Shown piece after piece: positions 33,848 through 44,168 of a DNA stretch of 64,000 bases. Numbering within the stretch: the first letter of the stretch is position 1; each line of letters opens with the position of its first letter. The notes beneath the pieces were generated by a model. That model searched no databases. It saw only the letters and a program-made list of their open reading frames with translations, and was not told the origin of the DNA. The position numbers and the translations under genes are program-made. The stretch comes from Setoptus koraiensis (taxonomy: Eukaryota > Animalia > Arthropoda), in the NCBI GenBank assembly GCA_048013815.1, contig CM106585.1:14694001-14758000 (forward strand), written 5' to 3'.

Positions 33848-35511
33848 TTTTATTGGACTAGTATCTGCAGTTTGCTTTTATTTGCATTGCTATTGGCAAC
33901 ACTCTGACAATGAATCAACTTGCTGGGTTTGACTGATTAGCATTGATAACAATTTCTGGAATAGATAATTTAAGTTACATATTGTGGAACGTGGTTATTA
34001 TATGTTCTAGATTAGGCACATCGGCATCATCTTTGAGATCATCCTCAAGTTGCAATATGGTTGATTGATACTCTCTGACGTTTTGATCGATATAGTTAAT
34101 GTTAGATCGGGTGGCATCTATATCCTCATTGAGACTCTGGAGTTGTTCTTTGTTATTGCTCATTTTAGCACTTTTCAATCTACTAGTGGCCTCTTCAAGT
34201 TGCTGACTTAATTCTTCACGCTGGGCTATGTCACGATTCATTTGTTGGTCGTAGTTCCATATTGTTTGCTTGGTCACTCTAAGTTGATTGATCTCGTGCT
34301 AAAATTAATATTACTATTCCATTTATGTTGGGCAGCTTTGGGCAAGGGCTTACCTCTTCTCTGATGATTCTTAGGTGCTCTATTGAATTCCTTGGTACGT
34401 CCAGATGCTCGCTCACTCATGGGTTTACCTTTAGTTTTTAAGGCTTTCATCTCAGCATCTCGCCTCTTGAGGAATTGTTTCACTCTGTTGTTTTCAACTT
34501 CTAAATTTCTAATCTCAACTTGTTTCAGTCGGCCTTGCTCAGCAAGTTCCGCAATTTTCTTTGTATTTTTGAGCTCACTTTCACGATGACTCTGGGCTTC
34601 TTCTTTCATTTTGTCAATCACATTAACTCTTCTTCGGTCTATATTCTCGACTTCAACACGCAATTTTTTGATTTTTCGTTCATAACGTGCTCGACTTCTC
34701 ATGGCGCTGGCATGCTCTTTCTTGGCCTTTCGCAATTTTTTGACATTGTTTTTCAATGCTTTGATTGTGGTGTCATAGTCTTCGTTGATATTTTGAGTTT
34801 TCTCGGTGGGTCCGCTTTGATCGGCTTCTTGTTGTATCTGGCGTTCTATCGCATCTATTCTCATTTCAAACTTAAACAATTCAGATTCATAGTCATAGTC
34901 ATCTTTGGAAGAATACATTCTTCTTTGGCTCTTTTCTAGCTCCGCGATAAGTTTTTCTTTTACAGATATATTATCATTCAAATTAGCCAACTCAATTTTC
35001 GCCGCCTCTATACTTTCATTGCCATTATCTTCTGATACTTCTTCGCCACTATCAAGGATGGCTTCCTCGTCATCAGTCTCGCTGCTACCGCCACTCTCGT
35101 CCAAATTAGGCAGATTTAAAGGCGGTAATTTCAAACAAGTGTCAATTCGTGTCCGAGGGTGATATGCATGCAATCATCAATGTTTGACTATTGCCTCCCA
35201 ATGAATCCTGTAGCAATCTTGTCAATTTGGAGTCTCTATATGGAATGTGTGTAGCTCGTTTTGATTTGTTGCCCAAAGCTGATATGACATTGCCCAGGCA
35301 TAGGAGGCCCGAGTTGATTGAGATGCCCTCCTTGGCCCTGTCTCCTGTGGCTCCTGTTCTTTTGAGTCTTTCGCTGCCGGCCAGATCAACAAAATGAAAT
35401 TTGGCGCTCAACATCTCTAACTCCTGACAATCTGGATCCTCTGATATACGATTCTGTTTGATGAGCAATGTGAAAATAGCATGCGACCTAGATGATTGTG
35501 CATTCATTTGT
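33848..35511 (-). pseudogene. Inverted, internally deleted partial duplicate of KIF21 (pseudogene or young derived gene)
   Basis: 35511-35150 matches 29369-29730; a 10-nt island matches 29946-29955; 35126-33848 matches 30164-31442. Frames are broken at the block junction, by a net +8 nt change near 34300 and by stops from 33977 downward. No P-loop and no WD40 tail. Confidence 0.88.
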
Positions 35512-37488
35512 CATTGGATCTTGAATCGATTTTAAATAGATTTTAGATTGATTTCAGTTGGTCAAAAAAAGAGAAAAATGACCCACTCAATCGAAGCGCT
35601 TTAAGTGGCAAGTTAGTGGGTGAGGGCCAAAGTCGCTCTCGCTCGGGAGCGACCCGGGCGAGAGGCTAGTCGCAACTCTATAGGCACACAAGGACCTAAA
35701 TGATCCGTGAATACCAGTGAAACTCATCGACATTTGGGACTCCCAATTCGGGGTGCAATCATACCGAGACTGGGCGTGAAACGTAAACCGCGATCCCGCG
35801 CCGCCCAAGAGAGAGAGAGAGAGAGAACGAGGCACGAGTGAAAGTTTCAATTGATGAGAGTTTATTAGATTGTGTGTTCGCAATGATAATAATATGTTAT
35901 GTGTTTGTTTCTAATAATTTAATAGTAATCTTTGCATGAGCGTATAGATAAGTGTCATCAATGATGTGTTTGGGTTCTAATAATATTATGATGGCCAGGG
36001 CAAGGGAGCGACCGTAATGGTGATTAAGTTTGTGTGCCCTTGTGCCTCTTCAATTAGAATATATCTACTAAATTTAGAATGTGTGTATCTTACAATGATG
36101 TTCTTTTGCTTGACAAGCTCGCACTACATATAAGTGTTTGTTGGCCACAAACAAACAAACATTACAACAAATAATCAACTTGAATAGGTATATTCATCAG
36201 TGGTAATTGGTCTTGATTGTGTTTTGATATTGTGTTGTCGATAATCGTTGTGTTTGTGTGATTGTGTCAATTTGTCCTATCATCATCATCATCATCATCA
36301 TTTATGACGGGACTAATTATAGTGTACAACTAAAATTTGTTTCTTTGTCTTTGTTTCCACTTGTTGTAACCGTATGTACAATGATAATAATTGTTTCTTC
36401 TTTATACACCTGTATGCAAACCAACCGAGTACACGTTTATAACACTTGTAACTAGCAAACAGTTGATGTGTCAAGCCTTTTTTCGTAAGAGAAACAGAAA
36501 GAAAGCAGCAAAATTGGATACACTTTACATTATATACAAATTGTCATGAGTGCTAGTTGTAAATATATGTTATAATATTCACAGTACTATCTGTACAGTC
36601 GACACATTTATAGTATCATTAGTTAACTTGATCTTAGAAAAAACAATCTATGTGTAGTAATCATTAATTGACGATCATTATTATTATTACTATTATTCAA
36701 ACATACTAAAACTAGCTAGGCCCGCGCTAAGATGATATTGTGGTTGCGTTGCATTGTTGTTGTTGTTGTTGTTGTTATATTGTGGTTGTCGTGTGTCTAT
36801 TGTTTGTCAGCAGCAACACCAACAGCGGGTAACGATGACAACAGCACGAACACAACAACGACGACGACGACGACAACAGCACAGGTTAATTATTGATAAT
36901 TAATCATTTATTGTTTTCAACCATTCACTATCCACTTTGCCCAATCAATTATTGTGAGTGAAGTGGCAGTGTCAGTGTTGTCAACCAGTCACAATCAGTC
37001 TGGCACAAACTCGCTCTCGCATGTTTGCATATCATTGATATAATAATCAGACTGTCGGGCTGTCGGGCTGTCGGGCTGTCGGGCTGTGTGGTTGCGTGAG
37101 ATTCCTTTCAATAGACTCCTTGTTATTTATTGATCAATCCAGCGTGTAAAAGGCTTCTTTGGCTATCGCTTTCGTGATTGTGATCGTCGTGCGCTTGAGG
37201 CTTGTCGTCAGGTGAGGTGGGTCTTGGATTGATAGTGTAACGATATACGATATTAACGCATGCCATGTTACGGCATGCCAGAGATGAAATGCTGTGTGAG
37301 TCTCACTGGCGCCCAATGCACTTGTTTGTTGTTGTTTATGACGATCATTAGTGTGTTCTCGACAACAACAATTGTAGATGGGGCGCTCAATCAATCATCA
37401 GAGAGATACTAAGAGATAATGAAGGTCACCACCGAGCGACCAACATTGCCGGCCAGAACAAATCAAATAGATATGCAGCAGGAACAGA

Positions 37489-38825
37489 TTATCTCTTGAT
37501 TCGTTTGGCCTCTCGGCGTTCGTTCTTCAACGATTGCAACTTATCTATATTGGATCTATCACTGAGCCACAATTGCATCCTAATGAACGGCTCGCGACCC
37601 TTTATAGACAGCATATGCCAGGGCTTTGGCTTGGACAGTAGCTCGCTCACGGATCCCTGAGACAGTCCCAGCACCACCTCGCCAAATATCTTTTGGCCTA
37701 TGTTGTGTGCCAACAGTGTTTCCTTTATGCGAGTCGTAATAGTTGGCGTGTCCATATCGGGCGTTAATGCGGCCATTTCATAAACGGAACTAGGCTGAGC
37801 AAACACCGACGACGGACTACTAATGGCCGACAGCATGTGAGATGGCGACGACGAATTGAGATTCATGTGTGAATTATTTGATGAGGACGATATAGATGAT
37901 GAGCTAGAGGCAGGCGACATTATAGAATGATATCCACTACTAGCCAATCCTGTGCCGCCGCCTGTGCCTGTGCCGCCGCCTGTGCCAGAATTGGTTAATG
38001 GGGCCCCACTTCCGGTGCCCGCAGTGTTCAACTGTTTGGATTGTTGTTGGCTACTGTTGTTGTTTAAATTGGCATTACTATTAGAGGAACTGAGTGTTGA
38101 TGACTTGTTGTTGTTGTCCACCGACTGCTGCTGGTCGCTGTTGTTCATTAACGGTAGTGCTGGCGTGTGGGCCGATCTAGACGACGACAGGGGAGATCCG
38201 GGATTTGAGTTGTTGTTGTTGTTTAAATTGTTTGATGACTTACTGTTGTTGTTGTTGGTTAGATAATTGTTTAGGTGATTTGAGGATGATGAGTTGTTGT
38301 TGTTTGCCGACAACGCGCTAGTTATATTCAATTGTTGATTGTGAATATGGTGCAACTTGTGATGATGATTGTGATGATGATTCAACAGTCCGTTCAATGT
38401 TGCATTGACATCCCGCGAGCTCCTTGTGTCCACCAGTGCGCCCACGGACAAATCGGGCTCAGAATCAGAATACTGACCACCGATTAGGCTACCGTTTGGC
38501 GATTGAGCAGCGAGCCTGTTGTTTTGGTTGTTGTTGTTGGCATTGTTGTTGTGTTGCTGGCCCGACATTGACATTGAATCATTATTGCCGCTACCGTTGT
38601 TCTGGCTATTGATTAGCCTGTCCAAATTTGAGGCACTCTGTTGCAGGCCCAAATGAAGGGGTAAGTGTGACGAGGAGCCAGTTTGTTGTTGTTGTTGTTG
38701 CTGTTGTTGCTGTTGGGCCAGGGTGGCCGCGGCCACGGCCAAATTATACTGGCCCAAATGCTCGAGATGCAAATTCAACTGTTGCAGGTACAGCTCTTGC
38801 GCGCTCGCCTTGCCCAGCTGACCGG
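37489..38825 (-). CDS. cut: cut/CUX, final visible coding exon (CUT repeat 3, then stop)
   Basis: Acceptor tcgagcag|CC (phase 1). CUT3: [77 protein letters not shown] follows KNERREAKRIKR. Confidence 0.9.
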
Positions 38826-39021
38826 CTGCTCGACGAAACGAACCAATAATGAAACGGATAAAATCACAGAGAAAAAGAGAGTTAGTTATAGTTACATAAA
38901 ATAGTAGAGTTAATCGTAATTGATGATGTATTATCACTGATATTTGCATAATCTCCGATAATTTATCAGGATAATTTACCAGAGATTACGCAAATGTCGC
39001 AATGTGGGACTGGTTGCTCAC

Positions 39022-40437
39022 CTGAGGCTGAGGCTGCGGCCGCCGCCAAGCTCGACTGCAGGTTCTTGAGGCTGGCAGCGCTGCTTGCGGCTCCAAAGGA
39101 GCTCTGATGTTGCTGTTGTTGTTGCTGTTGCTGCTGTTGTTGGGCCACCAAGCTCGCCAACAGACTCGGTATGCTGGCTGCGGCGGCCGCTTGGTGCATT
39201 TGCTGATGAGGTGACGAATGTGAATGGGAACCGGGAAGACCCGCCAGGGCGCTTGCAAATGGATTGTGACTAATGGGGTGGGAGTGCGGGCCGGCGGCCA
39301 GTGCGGCCGCGGCCATCGCTGGACTCAAGTGACCGTGCATTGAGGGATGATACGAGTTGGCGCCGGTGAGATGGCCCAGCCCGGCGGAATGAGCTCCGCC
39401 GCCAGCGCCGCCTGCACCACGACCACCGCCCAGCGCACCGCCCGACGAGCCGGGCGGGCCCGCTGGCCCGCTTGGTCCGCCACTTCCGGTTGCTGCTGCA
39501 GCTGCCGCTGCGGCGGCCGCAGCGGACGCGTGCACGCCGCTTATAAAACCGCCCGTGCGCATCAGTTTCTCTGGGGCAATCTTGTATTGGCTGGCCACTA
39601 GCTTGTGTACGGCGTTTTCGTCCTCTAAAAACATTTTCATCCGGATAAATGGCTCGCGACCCTTCTGTGTCAGCATGTGCCACGGCTTCGGCCTGGCCAG
39701 CAAATCCGACACGGAGCCCTGCGACAGGCCTAACACTGACTCGCCAAATAACCGCTGACTAATGGAGTATTGGCTCAGTTGATCTTTCACCTTTTTAACA
39801 ATTTCCTCCGTGTGCATATTGCTGTACTGATCAAACTGTTGTTGCGTTATAGGTGGCAGCACCGCCTTGGCGGGCCGCTGCGGCTGAGAGGGCGGCGGCG
39901 GTAACGTCGACTGGGTCAACAGGTTGTTCGTAATGGATTGCATTCGTTGCAGGGGCGACGACAGATCCTCTGCGCCCAGGCCCATGCCTGCCAGACCCGC
40001 CAGCGGTCCGCCCGGTTGCTGGGCACTCTGCTGGCCGGTCGCTGGCTGGTTGGAGGAGCCCACTGGTGTGCCCGCGTGACCGCCGACATTCTGACCGCCT
40101 ACGACGCTTTGTGAGGCTGCTGCGGCAGCGGCCGCGGCCGCCACGGCACCGCTCGAGACTAGGGGCGCCAGCGGATTATTGACAACGTCCAGTGCGCTTA
40201 AAATGGGCCCGACACTGTCGGGTAAGTCGCCGGGCAAGCTGAGTTGCGTCGAGTGACCGGCGACGCTATTTGGTACGGGGGTGTTGCTGTTGCTGCTGCT
40301 GCTGTTGCCGTTGCTGCTGAGGTGGCTCGATTGGGCATGATAGGGGTATATGTCGGACTCGAGGTTGCTGTCGTTGTCGGACAGGTCGTCTACGGAGGAC
40401 GAGTTCAGTTGTTGTTGCTGCTGATGATGTTGTTGCT

Positions 40438-40472
<35 letters not shown>

Positions 40473-41941
40473 TGTTGCTGATTGAATATGGGCGATTTTT
40501 GCAGTTCGTTCAATATAGACGCAAACTGTTCGGTGTCCATGGCACCGGAAGCGAGTGCTGGAAAGCACGATTGCAGCAATTGTTGCACAATGGCCGCTTG
40601 AGTGGCGTCTATAGGCATCTGTTGTTGTTGTTGTTGTTGTTGTTGTTTTTGGGTCGACATTTGCAGCTGATCGAGTTGCTGTTGTTGTTGTTGTTGTTGG
40701 TGGTGGTGCTTTTGCTGTTGTTGCTGCTGATGGTGATGATTGCTTGCGGACAGCAACTGCTGCTGCTTGTGATGGTGCCCGTTAAAGGCACTTATGGGGT
40801 ACGGTGAGGGTGGGTAGTTTGTTGTTGTTGAGTTGTTGTTTTGTTGTTGAGGAGATTGTTGTTGCTGTTGTTGAGCCACTGTTGTCGTTTGGTTGTTGTT
40901 GTTGTTGTTGCCGTTATTATTATCAGTAGAGGGCGCGTTGGGCGCGAACGCGGAACCACCCTTGCGGAGTGCGGTCGATTTGAGTACCTGAACGCATGTC
41001 TCGTCTTCGGCCCAAGCGTGCATTTTTCTGTAGGAATCGCGACCCTTCTCAGTGAGCTTGTCCCAGGGCTTGGGCTTGCTCAACAGCTCGCTCACCGTTC
41101 CCTGCGACAGACCCAATACGTATTTTGCAAACAATCTCTGGCCTATATTGTGGGCAGACAATAGCTCGCGAACAATACGCGATATGTTTGAGGTATTTAA
41201 ATTCTCTGTCATATGTTTCTCTACATTAGAGCGGAGATATTCTTGAAGTTTGTCAAAGGACGCGGCGCGCAAATGATTATTATGATGTTGTTGCTGCTGC
41301 TGCTGTCCTATGGCTGCTGTCAAACTGCTGTCAGTTGTTTGATGTGACAGTTGTTGTTGTTGTTGTTGTTGTGATGCAACATGAGATCGCGTCACAGCAC
41401 CTGTCAGATTGTGTGCCTGCTGTTGTATTGGCTGCGGTGATTGCCTATTTATGGCCGATGATTGTTGCTGTGATTTGTTGTTGTTGTTGTTGCTGCTGTT
41501 TGTTTGTGTTTGCTGCTGCTGCTGTTGTTGTAATTGTTGTTGCAACGGCTGGCCTAATTGTGATGCAACCGAGGCTGACAACATTGACGATATGACAGAT
41601 AATTGTTGCTTGTTGGCACCGGCACCCGCTGCTGCTGCCGCTTGCTGCAATTGGTTCTCGATCGATGCGCCAACTAAACTGCTGGCCGACAGGTGCCGCT
41701 GCTCTGGCTGCTGCTGCTGACCAATGGAATTGGCCAAGGTCGAATTTATCAAATTGGCAAATTCGCTTCTCAACAGGCTCACCTCGTGCTTCAGTTCGTC
41801 GTAGTCCTGCTGCTTGATTAGCTTTGTCTTCAAATCGTTAATTAGTGAGTTCTTTTCGTTGATGATGTTGCGCAACTCGTGCAAATCGTGCAACTGCGAA
41901 TAGTCAAGCGATGAGTCGCTGTCTTGCGTTTCCTCTTGTTT
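39022..41941 (-). CDS. cut: cut/CUX large internal exon (CASP-type coiled-coil end, CUT repeats 1 and 2); 5' boundary 41941 or 41893
   Basis: [18 protein letters not shown] coiled coil, CUT1 [38 protein letters not shown]2 [34 protein letters not shown]. Donor TCAG|GTGAGC at 39021. Two in-frame phase-0 CAG acceptors (before 41941 and before 41893). Confidence 0.92.
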
Positions 41942-42347
41942 CTGTTGATGATGACGTTGATAATTGTCATGTAATGACGGTGTCGCAATCACAATGTTGC
42001 AATCACCAAGTTGTAACGTGCAAATGGAAAATGACGAAATGAATGGTTAGATTGGAATCAAATCAAATTGGTTGTTTCGCTATCGACAGGCCGCGTCCAA
42101 GTGATCGGCTGCGGCCCCCCGTTCGATCGACATTTGCATTCGGCTCACATGCACTGTGTTGCTGTTTTGTAGATGGTGCGCGCGCACACAATTTTGACTT
42201 GTTCTCAAACTTGTTCGCGAACGCTGACTGTGTGAGAACGAGTCGCGCAAAGGGGGAAACAAACGCACTTCTCACACTCACAATCTCAGTGTTCTCGCTG
42301 CCCCCTCGTTTTTACTCTCGCTGGCAGGGCGAGCGCGAGTCGCTAAT

Positions 42348-42499
42348 CGCCGATTCGTCGAATCGCCGAATCGCCGAATCGTCGGATCGCCGAATCGCCG
42401 AATCGTCGGATCGTCGGATCGTCGAATCGTCGAATCGTCGAATCGTCGAATCGCCGAATCGCCGAATCGCCGAATCGCCGAATCGCCGAATCGTCGAAT
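42348..42499. repeat. Tandem 8-mer array CG(C/T)CG(A/G)AT, 19 units
   Basis: Direct reading; lies about 400-550 nt upstream of the cut exon acceptor. Confidence 0.95.
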
Positions 42500-44081
42500 C
42501 GGGTTCGGCGTTCGACGGAATCGGCGGGCCGAAGCCAGCCAGCCAGCAGAACCCATTCGATGCCACTGGTGAGCCCTCTCTGGGTGGAACTGGGCACTAA
42601 AATTGTAGTCTAAAAAGCGGCCGGAGCCGCTCGCATCGGGCCATCAAAATTGACCATAATTAAGTGTATGTTGTATGTCATCATATGTCATCTGTAAGAG
42701 ACGATACAACTGTGTCGAGTGTGTGTCATAATGGCATCATGACATGGGACAAAATGGGCGCCTATCAGCAGCAGCTGATGGGCAACAAAAGAAGTCGAGC
42801 AAATCTTGGCCGCTTGGCCGATTGCAATTCTAATTGGATCTGGATTGTGAAAACTGGATTCACTTTGCAACATTCGAGGCTCGAACCGATCTGACTGCGC
42901 ACTTCATTCAATTGCGTTTGCCGTCGTTGTTGTGGTTGTTGTTGTTGTCCATTATCCATCATGATGCGCCATCATCGGGCAATAGTCGATACTGGTGTGC
43001 CGGCACCGGCTAGGGGCGCAACAACAACAGCAACAACACTAGCAACAACACCAGCAACAACACCAGCAACAACAGCACCAGCAACAGCGACAACAGCAGC
43101 AACAGCAGCGACAACGGCAACAACAATGGACACGAGGGCGCAAGACGGAGCCTATCAATCACTGTTGTTTTGTCGGCGCGTCATCGAACGGATCACACAA
43201 TCAAAATGTTGATCCACTTTTGATGATTCTTTGTTTCCATTGTGTGTCCAGCTCGCACACCAGATTGGCTGCATAATAGTCTAGCAGCCAACTGGCGGCC
43301 AGACTATTATGCAGCCAATCTATTATGAGATGGGCTGATAACAATAATTGTTGTTATTGTTGATTTGTTTGTTGACTCGCCATCTGACGGATAGATGGCC
43401 GAGCGGAGGCCAAGTGTTTGCGTATGTTTTAAACACACACACTTACACACATTTCATTGAGATTATTTCAACGGTCAAATTCAACTGTCTCGCTACATTT
43501 CAGTCAGTTTATAGTGAGTTTTACGTTGATGTAATGTCACACAATGTCGACAGTATTGTCATTTCATTGTTTGCTGTGTGTGTGCCATCATTATCATGAC
43601 AATTGATTGCATGACGATGACAATTGCGCTCATCATATATCACAGCCAGCAGCTCGACTTATCAGCGGTTTTGTTGCTTGTATCGGCCAGTAATGATGGC
43701 CGACACACATTGAAACATTTCAGCCGGGGCGTTGCTCGCTCTTGCAACTCGCTCTGCATAGCAATCTGTGAATCTCTGCCAATCTCTGTCTATAAATATA
43801 CGTATGTATGAATATATACCCGTTTGCATGAATATGTATGAATAGCAACAATGTCAACAACATGACAATATCACACAATCGTCAATTGTTGCACTGACCA
43901 AATGACCTGGCGACAAATGGCCACAATTTGGCGACTGAGCTGCCACATGACGCAATGGCCATTTGGCGCATCCTGTGGCGGCAGCCTCGCGAATCACAAA
44001 TTGCCAGTCGTGAGTGCTCGATGGGCCGATATGACCGGTCCGGCCGACAACATTGCCCGGCGACACCTGTTGCACGATGCT

Positions 44082-44168
44082 GCCGTCCCGTGATGTCGCC
44101 GTCCCGTGATGTCGCCGTCCCGTGATGTCGCCGTCCCGTGATGTCGCTGTCCCGTGATGTCGCTGTCC
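44082..44168. repeat. 16-bp minisatellite GCCGTCCCGTGATGTC, about 5.4 copies
   Basis: Units at 44082, 44098, 44114, 44130 and 44146. Confidence 0.95.

Noticed and set aside
43638-43650. 13-nt match to the miR-2 family 5' end (TATCACAGCCAGC)
   Set aside because: The 3' half of mature miR-2 is absent and there is no upstream complementary arm to form a precursor.
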